A stretch of 64,000 nt of DNA from Flexilinea sp. (GCA_040766005.1 JAXGRI010000011.1:15292-79291), one strand, 5' to 3'. Positions 31,193-42,974 are shown, counted from the first letter of the stretch. Notes: a model not told the origin generated them from the letters alone. A program made the numbers and translations.

Positions 31193-32779
31193 GGGAGGGG
31201 GCGCTTTCCAGACAGCATCTCTTCAATTCCAAGGCGATAAACCATGATTCGATAATTCTCAAAACGCAGGATTTCACGCGGTGGACCCAGCGTATCGGAT
31301 GATGTTGTCTACCGTGACGTCTTGATAATCGTCATCTGCCACAATCACGAAGTTGGATCTCAGGTTGTTGTACCATTCTGTCTTGCTGAACCAATAATAC
31401 GGATAAGCACCGGCAATGCCATCCTGTTCAAGGCAGTTGATGGCGCTCACCCGCAGTCGGTTGTTTGAGGCAACGGTTGTATGATTTGCCTGCCAGAAAT
31501 CCGCATATCCATCCGTCAGGTTGTGTTCCAGCAGCCATGTCGCCAGTCTGTCTTGCGGGGTTACAATCCGGTTCAGCTTCAGCGGACGGATGCCTCCGGC
31601 GATCAAGATCACGGCAGTTAGAACGATAAGCGATCTGAAAGAATACCTGCCTCCTGCCATCCGGTGGTTCGCCAAATTGGTGCGTGTCAGCCTGCGAATG
31701 ATCAGAACTGTGAATGCGATTGGAAAATGGGCATAGTAACGTCCCCCCTGCTCACTAAACAGGAATGGCACAAGGAGCAGGAAGATCGTCAGCACAGCGA
31801 TACTAAGACTAAGCAGCGTGCTCAACGTGTCATCCTTTTTTCCTTGAAAGAAGGCGATGATCATGCGAAAGACAATCCAGAACCCGTATAACAGAACCAA
31901 CAAGCGCAATCCGATGAAGACAGTCTGAACGGAAAAAACCTTGGTGCCGCTGAGATCCGCAACGGACATCTTCAGGAAACTTTTTACAAAAAGTAGTACT
32001 GAGGCGAAGAGCGAATCAATCGAATTGAATTTGGTTAATTCTGTCCGGCTGTTCAGTTCCGCGCCACCCAGCGCCAGGAAGGCTCGTTCCAGTAAAATTC
32101 CCGTGATCACAGCCGCCACTGACACCAACAGCAGCCGAATCCATGGTTTTTTGGGGTGATTCTGATTGGAGAGAATTTCTCGCAGCGAATATAGCACGAC
32201 AGGGACGATCACGATAGGTAAAATGAAACTGTCACTGGCCGTTCCGGCAGCAATCAGCAGCGCATAAAGCGACGTGAAGAGCGTCCTCTTTTCAGATGGC
32301 AGGTACTGCGGTTCAATCAGCCTTTTTAAGCACCAGAAAGCTGCCAGCGAAATAACGAAAATGCCGACATGCGCACGAGCGCTTTGCAGCTGGAAGACCG
32401 GCGGCAACGCAGTCATGGCGAAATACAACAGCATATGATGCCATTTACGCGGGTTGGGAAGCAGCAGGAAGCCGAATATGATCATTCCAAGATACATCGT
32501 GGCGGAAGCCAGCAGATATGCTTTTGTAGAAACCCCAAAAATCAGATTGGCAACTATGTAATATGGAATTTCTGAAAAGATGAATGTTGCGCCGGTCAGA
32601 TTCCAACCTTTCAGGAATGGGTTCCCATGCAGGATTTCATCTGCTTCCAACAACAGGCTGGCAAAATCGGAATTCATTGCAATCTGAGCGTATCCGAGGA
32701 ATAAGACAACCCCGATCAGCCCGAAAAGCGTTGCCAACAGGATAATTTTCAAGGTTGATGAAAGCAGAATTCTTTGCAT
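31189..32779 (-). CDS. Polytopic membrane protein, GT-C-like (3' end frameshifted)
   Basis: MNSDFAS..EADEILHGN..LKGW after TM1, multiple TMs, GRYY, C-terminal GYADFWQA. Confidence 0.65.
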
Positions 32780-32787
32780 TGTCCTCG

Positions 32788-33714
32788 CTAAATAACAAAA
32801 AAGCCTGCGATCAGAAACAACAGGATCATAATCGGGCTGGCGCCCCAAACCAATTCCGCCATCTTTCGCAGAGAGGGCGTTTTGTAAATTTGGACACCGG
32901 CTGCCAGATTTACTAACCACAAAATTGCTGCCAATGCCGGTAACAAAATGACATTTCGCGCCGGCAGTCTGCTGCCGGATGAAATGTTTTCGTCAATAGT
33001 ATTTGTTAAAGGCACGGTGAGCAGCCCAGACAGTCTGAAACCAATCCAAAGGGAAAGGATCATCAGCAATCCAACAGAGAGGATGATGGAGCCGCGCGCC
33101 GTGCGGTTTCCCCAGGATGAAGCGATCCAGTCCGCAGGACGAACCGTTTCATGCGGTATTTCATGCAGCGTTCCCATCTGCATTACGCGTTCAAAAGCGC
33201 TCAGAAACTGCTGCGGTTTCGCTGGTGAGATTCCAAAAACTGCCTGCGAAGTGCCGACAAACAGCATGTTTTTCACACTGGATGCCATGAATTCAAGCGG
33301 ATCGCTGTTTGATGTCTGTACTTTGCCGAGATAAGCCCCGGGCATCGGCAGGAACGGCCAGGGAATTTCCTGCCGCATTTCCGCCGGTGTGCGGATCCAG
33401 TCAATCTCAGAAAGCGGAATCGTCTCATGACGCAGCCCCCATTTGATCCGCAGGGAACCGCGCGCCAGCTGGTAGTTGGCGGTTATCAGCGCATAAGTAC
33501 GGTAAGCCATCATGCCGATTGGAAGCAACAGAGCGACTGAAAAGATGAATGACAGGAAAAACAGTAATCCCGGTTGCTGCCTTGAGAAGAAGAGAAAAAG
33601 AAAAATGGTGAGTGCGGTGAGAATACCCGTCAGCGGAATGAGCAGCAACAATCCCGGGAAAAGGCTGGGTTTGAAGGTATATTCACTCGATTCGATGAAC
33701 GGTTCAGTCATCAT
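32788..33714 (-). CDS. Membrane protein with a bacterial PH-like domain
   Basis: Two TMs, then YQLARGSLRIKWGL..IPLSEI..GISP..FL, then two more TMs. Confidence 0.6.
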   Translation of the reverse strand: MMTEPFIESSEYTFKPSLFPGLLLLIPLTGILTALTIFLFLFFSRQQPGLLFFLSFIFSVALLLPIGMMAYRTYALITANYQLARGSLRIKWGLRHETIPLSEIDWIRTPAEMRQEIPWPFLPMPGAYLGKVQTSNSDPLEFMASSVKNMLFVGTSQAVFGISPAKPQQFLSAFERVMQMGTLHEIPHETVRPADWIASSWGNRTARGSIILSVGLLMILSLWIGFRLSGLLTVPLTNTIDENISSGSRLPARNVILLPALAAILWLVNLAAGVQIYKTPSLRKMAELVWGASPIMILLFLIAGFFVI

Positions 33715-33721
33715 ACCGCCG

Positions 33722-34894
33722 TCAGAGAACCTGCCTGAGCGCAAAAGCGACTTCCTCGACCTGTTCCCGGGTTGTTTTTCCGGAAAAAGGAATTGCCAGA
33801 CCACGACTGCCGAGGTCTTCGGTGACCGGGAAGCGCCCTTTCTCATAACCGAATCGTTCCTGCATATATGGCTGATAGTGGATCGGTGCAAAATACGGAC
33901 GTACCGGTATTCCCAATCCGTCCAATTGGCGGATGACCTTTTCCCGGTCGAGTCCGGCATCCAGCCGGATTACATAGACGAACCAACTGCTGAGTGTGGT
34001 GGTAGACGCTACCCGCGGGATTGTCAGTCCTGCGATGCCTTCTAATTCCTTATCGTACCAGTCGGCAACTTGCTGACGGTTTTTGAGCAACGTTGGCAGC
34101 CGGCTCATTTGTACTGCTCCCAGAGCGGCGCTCATCTCGTCCATCCGGTAGTTATAACCGAGGTATGTGTGATCCAGCCAGGTATCACCAGGCGCCCGTC
34201 CCTGATTACGCAGCGCGCGCATCATATCGGCTGCGCTGCTGTCGCTGGTGACAATCATCCCGCCTTCTCCGGTCGTGATCTGCTTGTTGGGATAAAATGC
34301 GAACACACCGAAATCGCCCAGACTGCCTGCCTTGGTCCTTTATATTCAGGCCCAAGCGCTTCACATGAATCTTCGATGATTCGCAATCCGTATTGATCGG
34401 CGGTCAACTGCAACGCGTCATAATCAGCCGGCTGTCCGAATACGTCAATTGGCAGCATCCCTTTCAGGATTCCGCTTGGGAGCACCCATGAGGCGGCAGC
34501 CAACGCTGGCGGGCTGTTTCAGCCCCTGCCAAGTCCCGAGCGGCTTCAGCTGCCATTTCCGGGTCAATGTTTCCGGTGAGCGGGTCAACATCGACGAAAA
34601 TCGGAGTAACACCTTCATACAACAAAGCGTTTGTGGAGGCTACAAACGAGAATGGCGTGGTGATCACCAGATCGCCGGCAGTCCAACCGGCTGCCCGTAC
34701 GCATAAGTGCAGCCCGGAAGTGCCTGAATTGACGGCGACGGCATGTTTACAGCCGCTGAAATCCCGAATAGATAGTCTCAAATCTCGACAGCCAGGTACA
34801 TGCTTAATGCGTTGGTATTCAGAACAGTGGCGATCGCTTCACGTTCCGCATCGGTCAGATCCGGTTGTGGCATCGGCACGCTTAATTTTTTCAT
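33722..34894 (-). CDS. DegT/DnrJ/EryC1/StrS nucleotide-sugar aminotransferase (frameshifted)
   Basis: AVNSGTSGLHL, TTPFSFVAS, IIEDSCEALG, FAFYPNKQITTGEGG (PLP lysine), GYNYRM. Confidence 0.93.
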
Positions 34895-34912
34895 ATAGTC
34901 CAAGTGAAACTC

Positions 34913-35339
34913 CTAAAAGTTGGGATGCGGCGTGTTGGGGTTGAATGCGATCTGCTGATTGACATTGATGCGGTCCTCCATGCGCACCTGTCCACGCAGA
35001 AAAAGCACCTTCTTCAGTCGCGAAGCCAACGACGGTGACGTCGCCCCAGATTCGCCCGGTGCTGCGGATTTCCAGCTTCTCTGCCGTGATGTTACCGCGC
35101 ACCGTCCCAGCGACAACGACTGTGTTCGCCCGCAGATTCATACAGGTTACCCGCCCCGTCTCTCCGACTACAATCAACCCCTGAACCTGAATCTCTCCTT
35201 CAAACGTGCCTTCGATGCGAATGCCGCCGCTGCCGCGCAGGTTGCCATGCCAGTTGATCCCCGGTCCAAGGATGGAGGTTACCCGTTCGATCGCCGGGAT
35301 TTGCGGCTGCTGGTTGGCTGGCGGATTTTTCTTGAACAT
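34913..35339 (-). CDS. Bactofilin (polymer-forming cytoskeletal protein; frameshift near 35000)
   Basis: SILGPG..HGNLRGSGGIRIEGTFEGEI..LIVVGETGRV..VVVAGTVRGNITAEKLEIRSTGRIWGDV..EEGAF(L)RGQVRM beta-helix pattern. Confidence 0.92.
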
Positions 35340-35344
35340 GTGCG

Positions 35345-36028
35345 TTACGCAATCTTTCGCATCGGTTTCATTTCTTTTTCATGGACTGTTGGTGAATATG
35401 GCCAGACACTCCCGGCATAAACTCTGCCGTTTTCCGGCACGTCCGCTTTAACGACTGCGCTGTTGCCAATGCGGGCAGCCCTGCCGATTCTCACCTGCAG
35501 GTTGATAGTTGCTCCCATTCCGATTTGGGCGAAATCATCCACACAGACTTCACCTGCGAGCAGCGCACCAGGCGAAAGGTTCACGCATCTGCCGATCTGA
35601 CAATCATGCGAAAGGATCACGCCGGCGTTGATCAATGTGCCAAAAGCGACGGTCGAAGCGCTGCTGATGTAGGCATGCGCCAGTATCTGGACGCCATCCG
35701 CGATGACTGCGCTGGGTTCAACCAAAGCAGCCGGATGGATGAGCGCCGGAAATTTGTAGCCGGCGGATTCGAGTTTTTTAAAAACCTGTTGGCGGACGTG
35801 ATAATTCCCAATACCGCCGACGGTGTTGACAGCATAATCAACACCTTCAGCGCGCAACTCTGCAAGCCGTTCAGATTTTCCAATGACGGGAACCCCGAGT
35901 ATTGCGTCACCGGGCTCCAGTCCGTCGTCAATGATGCCTTTAATTGTCCACGTGTTTAGGCTGCGGATCAGATCAATGATCGTTTTTGCATGTCCGCCGC
36001 CGCCAAAAATTAGGATATCTCTGTCCAT
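35345..36028 (-). CDS. NeuD/PglD-family sugar acetyltransferase
   Basis: IFGGGGHAK, IIDD, LIHPAA, hexapeptide repeats, SHDC. Confidence 0.92.
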   Translation of the reverse strand: MDRDILIFGGGGHAKTIIDLIRSLNTWTIKGIIDDGLEPGDAILGVPVIGKSERLAELRAEGVDYAVNTVGGIGNYHVRQQVFKKLESAGYKFPALIHPAALVEPSAVIADGVQILAHAYISSASTVAFGTLINAGVILSHDCQIGRCVNLSPGALLAGEVCVDDFAQIGMGATINLQVRIGRAARIGNSAVVKADVPENGRVYAGSVWPYSPTVHEKEMKPMRKIA

Positions 36029-36240
36029 ATCCCATATTTTACCTGATATCTGACTTTTACCCGCAGGTGATCATCCGAGGAATCTATTTAAGTTAGGCGT
36101 GGGCATTGATGCTGACGGCCTATTGTTTCAATTATCGATGATTTTAAACTAGAAAAAGCTTTTCCCTTGCTTTTCCTTGAATATTTGAAGTGTCGGTTGA
36201 GACAGCAAATTATCAGACTTAATCGGGAAAGGGGTGAAAG

Positions 36241-36271
36241 AAATGGGTCAGACCATCTGTCTGACCCATTT
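36241..36271. repeat. Perfect 13-bp inverted repeat in the divergent intergenic region
   Basis: AAATGGGTCAGAC-CATCT-GTCTGACCCATTT. Confidence 0.85.
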
Positions 36272-36324
36272 GACGTTTTGATTTTTGATCGATAAATTGC
36301 CGCTTCGTTTTATCCGGTTGTGTT

Positions 36325-36333
36325 TGTTATAAT
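36325..36333 (+). promoter_or_regulatory. Extended -10 element upstream of pheA
   Basis: TGTTATAAT about 60 nt before the ATG, which has a GAGGAG RBS. Confidence 0.55.
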
Positions 36334-36394
36334 TCAGGCACAACAGTTGAGGCGCAAGCCCAATCCGAAAACCAACTTACTGAGGAGCGACATC

Positions 36395-37230
36395 ATGCAA
36401 AAAATCCGGGTAGCGTTTCAGGGTGTACAGGGAGCTCATACTTCAATTGCGGTTGACAAGGCATTCCCCGGTAAAGAAGTTGAATCGGTGCTGTTCCCCA
36501 CCTACGAGCAGGCGTTTGAAGCAGTCGAGAAAAAAGATTGTGATTATGCGGTTATTCCGATGGAAAATTCATTGCAGGGGAGCATCCATTCCAACTATTA
36601 TCTGCTGGCACGGAAATTTCTGTATATTGTCAACGAAGTCTACGTCCCGATTCATTATTCGCTGATCGGGCTGCCGGATGCGAAAGTAGAGGATGTTTCA
36701 CTGGTTATCGCCCATCCGGGAGCGCTTGAAGTCTGCATGGGATATCTGAAATCCCTGCCGGGCAAACCACAGATCGAAACTGTATATGATACCGCCGGCA
36801 GCGTTGCGATGCTGATGAATTTCGCCAACCCTGAGACTGCCATGATCGGCTCTAAATCAATTGCTGATTTTCATCAATTGGCGGTTCTGGACGAAGATAT
36901 TGAGGATACTCCCAACAATGTTACGCGCTATAACGTTTTTTCGCGTGAACCCATCAACCCCGGACCTGGAGGGAAAACGACGATCGTATTTTCGACGCAT
37001 CATAAACCTGGTGCGCTGCTTAACGCTATGCGGGTTTTTGCGGAGCGGGACCTCGATCTGACGAAAATTGAGTCGCGCCCGATCCCAGACGATCCATATG
37101 AGTACATGTTTTACGCGGATATTGCCGGCCCGATGTCAGATACAAAAGTCAAAGAAGCTGTGGATGAACTGGAAAACTACCATGCTCCCGGATCCGGGTG
37201 TTAGGCAGCTATCTTTCCATAGAGATTGAC
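36395..37230 (+). CDS. pheA: Prephenate dehydratase with ACT domain (3' end frameshifted, end approximate)
   Basis: VAFQG..GAH, PMENSLQGSI, DTAGS, NVTRY, KPGAL, DLTKIESRP, YMFYAD, RVLGSY. Confidence 0.88.
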
Positions 37231-37451
37231 AGCTTTATTGAATGCAGCTCCTTTTTTGATCATACTTCCACAGTGTTTGTAACCGGCGTTGTCGGCGGAC
37301 TACGTTTCTGTTTGCGGGAGCAGCTCACCAAACAGCGTGAAGCCGCGTTGTTTTTTCTTGGAATCTTTAATAAGTCTTGCCGGCACAGTTGTTCTAGACG
37401 CCATTTTGAAAGCTGGCCGGCCAACGTTTTATTATCACACTACCCGCTGGG

Positions 37452-39610
37452 ATGGGTGTCCGTAAAATTATTTGCAGCTGGTAGCGGGCCGGCAGCGCTG
37501 TGCTTTTTCGCTGCTTCTGTTTTACCAATCTTGCCTTGGGAATGTTCGACTAACTGCAGGCGTGCAGCTTGTACGTTTGGTTGTTTTCAGCCTGTTCATT
37601 GCATCGTTCATGGAATTTTTCATCTTCAATTTGCGTCATTACGAGTTGATGGGCGAGCGCAAGCCGCACATAACGGCGGAACGCGGTGACTTCCAACCCT
37701 ATGGGATGTATTTTAATCGGGCGTCTCAGCGTTATACCTCATATGCCTATGACGGCGTATTTAGGATCGCTGTTAATCTGGCTGCTCTGAAAATCCGCAA
37801 TATTCAGCTTCCCCTGCTGAACGATGCCGCGGAAACGCGTATCCGGATTGCTGTGGCAGACGAGGCATATGAGTTCCCGCGAGTGCTTGCAGAACAGCTT
37901 TTGATGCCGGAGATTCCCGGAGAGTTATAATATCCGCTGCACACGACTGGCAGATCGACCTGATGGAAATCCAGTTTCCGGATATGAAAAGCGCGAAATC
38001 ACCTTGGTCGCGTTGGATCAGTTGAACTGAACCGGCAGCTTCCACTGCGGATCGTGCCGTGGCGTGCCGGTTTCGTTTTTGCGTTTGCTTTTCTAATCAT
38101 CATTCTTTTTCCGGGCTCATGGTTTTATTCGATTCCGCTTAATCTGAAATCGTTGAAACAAAAAATAGTCGTGCCGTTTACCATGGGCGTCATCCTGCTT
38201 ATCTGTTTGGGTTTTATGGAGCAATATCAGCCGTTCAGAGCTTCACTATCCGAACCAGCGAGAACCGCAAAAAGCTGGAGCATCTCAATATCATCAATTG
38301 ACTGAAGCATTAGCGGCAGGACAAATTTGGTTGCTTCACCTCCCAAAATGACATTCTGACGGCTGAACGCCCGTATGATACGACGTACCGACAGCACTAT
38401 CGGTTGAATTATCAGTGGGACGCCGTCTTTTATAACGGACGGTATTATGTATATTTTGGCGTTGTACCTGCTTTAACGCTGTTGCTTCCCTGGTATCTGA
38501 TCAGCGGCAACTTCTTGCAGATGGGTATGGCAGTGCTGCTCTTCGCCTGTCTGGGGTTGGTGGCAGCATACGGCATTTATGCGCGAATGGTCAGGGTCGC
38601 GTTTCCACGCCTTCCCTTTTTATTGTATCTGTCCGGTTTTCTACTGATTGCTGCTTCTTTAAATCTAACCTGTGTCTGCGCCGTCCGCAGGATTATGAAT
38701 TGGCGATAGTTTCCGGTTTGTGTTTCAGTCTGTGGGCGGTTTTCCTGTTATGGCTGGCTGCTGATCGGCATCTTAGACTTTTGTATGAAGTTGCTGCTGG
38801 CGTTTTGCAGCGGCAGTGCGGCGGCGTTGGCCGTCGGCTGCCGACCGAATCTGTTGCTGATCTCCCCTGTTGCTGTTCGTTCCGGGTTGTTCAGCTCTTG
38901 GCGTTTACGCGGCGACAGGAAACAAATATTTCTGATGGGCGCCTGCTTTCTGGCGCCATATCTCTTGATTGGGCTGCTGTTGGCGCGCTATAACTGGCTG
39001 CGCTTCGGCAATCCGCTGGAGTTCCGGATCCGCTATCAGTTGAATGATGCCAACCAGTCGTTGGGCATCCTGCGCACCGGGATCAGCGGCGTTCTGCTGG
39101 CTTTCTTTCATTATCTGTTCACCCCGATAACGACCGATTTGAACTTCCCTTTCATTCATTTGAGTGAAATCAGCCTGCCCTACAATGGAATTTTGTACCA
39201 TGACAATCCAATGATGGGAATTTTCGCCTTCCCGTTCTTCTGGTTTTAACACTGGTTCCGGTTTTTTGGAAGCGGCTGCGAGAGAAGATAATTACTGCGT
39301 ATGTTGCAATCAGCCTGACAATAGCGGTTGTAGTTTGCCTGATCGGCTGTCAGTTTTCGGTATCGCTGCGTTATTCGGTAGATTTTATCTGGCTGTTTGC
39401 GTTCTCAGCGGCAGCTGCCTTTTTTGCGCTTGGGAAGCCGCGGCAGAACGGGAGATAACCCGCCTGATAGAAACCGAATTTTAGTCAGTGTGATGGGAGG
39501 GCTGGCGCTGTTCACAGCGCTGTCACTCAGCGGAGAAGGCAACTGGTTTCCAGCAGATCAACCCGCTCTTATTTCGACAATTGGCTGCCGCGTTTACTTT
39601 TTGGTGTTGA
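37452..39610 (+). CDS. Polytopic membrane protein, GT-C-like (many frameshifts)
   Basis: EFFIFNLRHY, WDAVFYNGRYYVYFGVVPAL, GCRPN, YNWLRFGNPLEF..YQL; similar to 1211-3123. Confidence 0.6.
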
Positions 39611-39615
39611 GCGAC

Positions 39616-40639
39616 TTACAGATATTGCTGACCCGCTCAAAGAAGCAGGTCATTCCCTGAAGATGAATTGTTTTCCCGCTGTCAAGGATAATTTTTCCGG
39701 ACAGTTTGCCAAAAACCTGATGCTGATCGGGGATGAAAGTATGAGGACGTTCAGCTTGGCTGCCCGGTCGAGGAACGGATGAAATTCGCAGTTCACCCGC
39801 TGATCATCGGACAGAATTTTCCAGGGACGCATCAAATTATCTGGATCCTGCGGCTTGAACGTGACCGCATTCAGTTTACTGGCAGCTCCATCATAAAAGA
39901 GCATATTCTCGCTGGCAGCAGAGGGATCTCCAAAACCATATCCAGGTTAAAGCCAAACCGTATTCCTTCTTCCCAGGAACTGCCGGAACCCCAGTACCAG
40001 GTGTTTTTGCGTGTCCAGACGCCCCTGCCCCAGTCAAAAGTCGCGAATGTTTCTGTGCGGTCAAAATCCACCTGTTTTTCTCCAAGGTGATAAGAACCTG
40101 CGGCGGGCATGCAGTTGATTTTTTGGTTGTAATAAAAAGCCTTCTTGTCATTTGCCCATATGCGTAGCGATGACCATGCGGTCATCAAACGGTTGTGCGA
40201 TCAGAAATTCCGCTTCTAAATTCTGGTTTTGATAAAATCGATTGAAATGACAGCGCAGTTCCCGCGCCCCGTCCCGGCTGTGGAAGCGGATCCGGACGCG
40301 CTTATTCTCAAACTGGGTAATGCCTTCATCAGCCTCTTGCGGCATCTGGAAGCGACCAAGCGGGAATGGTATGATCACCGATTCAGTGTGTTGGAAACCG
40401 TTTTCAAAATTCAGCACCGAAGCTGAAATCAATCCCATATAACTGTTGTCCGCGATGGTCAGCGCGATCGCGTCACGATCATTGGCGATCAGGTAATAAT
40501 CCCACTCTTTGATTCGCAGACGGTTAGCTCTGATCGCGCTGCGCTCATAACGAAAAACGGGCTTTTTCGCCCAGCCGGGTTCGCTTAGCGATCCTGTTTC
40601 ATCCAATAATGGCTGGAGAACTGTGACTTCGTTTTGCAT
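39616..40639 (-). CDS. DUF2804 family protein (frameshifted)
   Basis: GWAKKP, RIKEWDYY, TIADNSYMG, FYYNQKINCM, DWGRGVW..NTWYWG. Confidence 0.8.
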
Positions 40640-40677
40640 TTTGCTCCCCTTTCAGGCGGTGTCTGCACGCGCTCCGA

Positions 40678-41253
40678 TCATTGTGTTTTTCGGTAATCCT
40701 CCCGTACCAAGCCGTAACATAAACAATCGCAAATTCCTTGATTGTTCCAGTCACCCTGTTTTTTCACGCCTTCCAGTTTCAATCCGCATTTGATCATTAC
40801 CTTTCCGGAGTAAGGATTAGCAGGGTCATGGCGAGACTCGATCCGATTGATGCCGACTTCTTCAAAGAAACAACGGATTATTTCTTCCAACGCCTCGGAT
40901 GTGATCCCCTGGTGCCACCAATTTTTGCCGATGCAATATCCGATGTGAACCATTCTGATCCTGTCATCTTTTTCGACCACGCTGATACTGCCGATCGGTT
41001 CATCCGGTTGTTTTTTCAGTGTGATCGCCCACTGATAATTATCCGGCTGTTGATATCCTTTGATCCATCCTTTAATGATGGAACGGGTCTCATCCACTGA
41101 GGTGTGCGGCTGCCAGGTAAGGAAGCGGGTGACATCCGGATCAAGAGCCCAATTGCGCCACATGGCTTCGGCGTCCTCAAGGCGAAAACGACGCAAGGTC
41201 AAGCGGTTTGTGGAAAGTGTTTTAGTCCCAAGGTGTTGCGTTGGAGATGTCAT
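40678..41253 (-). CDS. RimJ/RimL-type GNAT acetyltransferase
   Basis: TNRLTLRRF, IGYCIGKNWWHQGITSEA, NPYSGKVMIKCG. Confidence 0.9.
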   Translation of the reverse strand: MTSPTQHLGTKTLSTNRLTLRRFRLEDAEAMWRNWALDPDVTRFLTWQPHTSVDETRSIIKGWIKGYQQPDNYQWAITLKKQPDEPIGSISVVEKDDRIRMVHIGYCIGKNWWHQGITSEALEEIIRCFFEEVGINRIESRHDPANPYSGKVMIKCGLKLEGVKKQGDWNNQGICDCLCYGLVREDYRKTQ

Positions 41254-41717
41254 TATTTTTCCTTTTCCAACCTCAGCAGAAAATCTTTGATATCCAGTCC
41301 GCCGCCATAGCCGGTAAGAGAGCCGTTTGCCCCGATTACCCGATGACAAGGGATGATGATCGCGATCGGGTTGCGGTTATTTGCCAGTCCGACGGCGCGG
41401 CTGGCTTTGGGGTTGCCGACAGCTGCCGCAATTTGTCCATAGCTGCGGGTCTCTCCATAAGGTATCTGCTGTAATGCCTGCCACACGCGCTGCTGAAACG
41501 CTGTTCCAGCGGGCGACAGCGGCAGGTCAAATGTTTTGCGGCGTTTTTCAAAATATTCTGAGAGTTGTGCGTGAGCTTTCTTGATTAGCGGGGTTTCATC
41601 GATTTTCCAGTCCGGTGAAATCCCCTGCATGCCGAAAGTCAGCCCAATGATTGCCTCTTCATTCGCGGCAATTCCAATATTGCCAATTGGGGTGTCGTAG
41701 AGTTTGTACGATGTCAT
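41253..41717 (-). CDS. ogt: Methylated-DNA--protein-cysteine methyltransferase
   Basis: GTAFQQRVW, IPYGETRSYG, RAVG..NRNP, IPCHRV, GYGGG. Confidence 0.96.
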   Translation of the reverse strand: MTSYKLYDTPIGNIGIAANEEAIIGLTFGMQGISPDWKIDETPLIKKAHAQLSEYFEKRRKTFDLPLSPAGTAFQQRVWQALQQIPYGETRSYGQIAAAVGNPKASRAVGLANNRNPIAIIIPCHRVIGANGSLTGYGGGLDIKDFLLRLEKEK

Positions 41718-41889
41718 AATGCATCCTTTTCTAATTGATAATAGCTATTGTCCAGTTCATTACGACTATAAATATCTTACCAAAAATTAACCTGATGCGG
41801 GATATTTTTTCTCTTGTCTTTTTGTCAATGAGCTGTTTGCCGACTTTCATGCCGCTGGAGCCGGGACGGACAGACGAACGCGGCGCTGG

Positions 41890-41942
41890 TTGACGGGGCA
41901 GCGAAAAAGCAGTACAATCTATTTAGAAAAAAATCGAAATAG
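41890..41942 (+). promoter_or_regulatory. Sigma70 promoter with adjacent palindromic operator (probable ArsR/SdpR autoregulation)
   Basis: TTGACG (41890), 17-bp spacer, TACAAT (41913); then CTATTTAGA-N6-TCGAAATAG (41919-41942). Confidence 0.7.
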
Positions 41943-41950
41943 GTGTGTAG

Positions 41951-42310
41951 GTGAACTACCAGGAAATTTTCAAAGCGCTCGCTGATCCGGTCCGCCGGGA
42001 CATCCTGTTCCTGCTGCGGGACGACAGAAAAACCGCCGGTGATATTGCGGCGCGGTTTGATCTGAGCGCTGCGACCATGTCCTACCATCTGTCGATTCTG
42101 AAAAAAGCGAACCTCATTTATGAAAGCCGATTCAAGAACTACATCTATTACAGTCTTAATTTATCAGTCGTAGAGGAAGTCATGCTTTGGCTTTCTACGT
42201 TAAATCCGCCGCAGGCAGCGGATGACGGATACTCATATATCAAAAGGAATAAGAATGCTGAAAATTCAAAACCTGACGAAAATCTACCCAGGCGGGAAGA
42301 AGGCAGTTGA
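41951..42310 (+). CDS. ArsR/SdpR-family transcriptional repressor
   Basis: FKALADPVRRDIL, TAGDIA, MSYHLSILK, KNYIYYSLN. Confidence 0.9.
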   Translation: MNYQEIFKALADPVRRDILFLLRDDRKTAGDIAARFDLSAATMSYHLSILKKANLIYESRFKNYIYYSLNLSVVEEVMLWLSTLNPPQAADDGYSYIKRNKNAENSKPDENLPRREEGS

Positions 42311-42974
42311 CAATTTTTCGCTGGAAGTCGCTCCGGGCAAAATTTATGGATTTATTGGACCCAACGGCGCCGGTAAGACAACCACAATCAAGTGTTGTAC
42401 CGGAATCCTCAACTTTGATCAGGGGGAGATCTTTGTTGAAGGAATTTCATTGAAAGATGACCTGGTTGCAGCCAAACGGATTATGGCGTATGTGCCGGAT
42501 AACCCTGATCTCTACGATTATCTGACCGGAATCCAGTATCTGAACTTTATCAGTGATATTTATGAAGTCAGTCAGGAAATGCGCCGGCAAAACATCATGG
42601 AATATGCCGAAGCGTTTGGTTTAAACCAGGATCTTCAGGATTTGATCGGTTCTTACTCCCATGGCATGAAGCAGAAACTGGCGCTGATCGGGGCTTTTGT
42701 GCATCAGCCGCGCTTGTTGATTTTGGATGAACCGTTTGTTGGACTTGATCCCAAATCATTTCACATTCTGAAAGAGCTGATGAACCGTCTGTGCGAAAGC
42801 GGTTCATCCGTGTTTTTTTCCAGCCATATTTTAGATGTTGTTGAAAAAATTTGTGAACATATTGCGATTATTCAGCAGGGAAGGTTGATCTACAGCGGGA
42901 CAATGTCCGAAGTCCGCGGAAACCAAAGTCTCGAATCCATTTTTCTGGAGATGACGGACGATGAGCGTAATTAA
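42255..42974 (+). CDS. ABC exporter ATP-binding protein
   Basis: GPNGAGKTT, YSHGMKQK, LILDEP, SSH. Confidence 0.95.
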   Translation: MLKIQNLTKIYPGGKKAVDNFSLEVAPGKIYGFIGPNGAGKTTTIKCCTGILNFDQGEIFVEGISLKDDLVAAKRIMAYVPDNPDLYDYLTGIQYLNFISDIYEVSQEMRRQNIMEYAEAFGLNQDLQDLIGSYSHGMKQKLALIGAFVHQPRLLILDEPFVGLDPKSFHILKELMNRLCESGSSVFFSSHILDVVEKICEHIAIIQQGRLIYSGTMSEVRGNQSLESIFLEMTDDERN

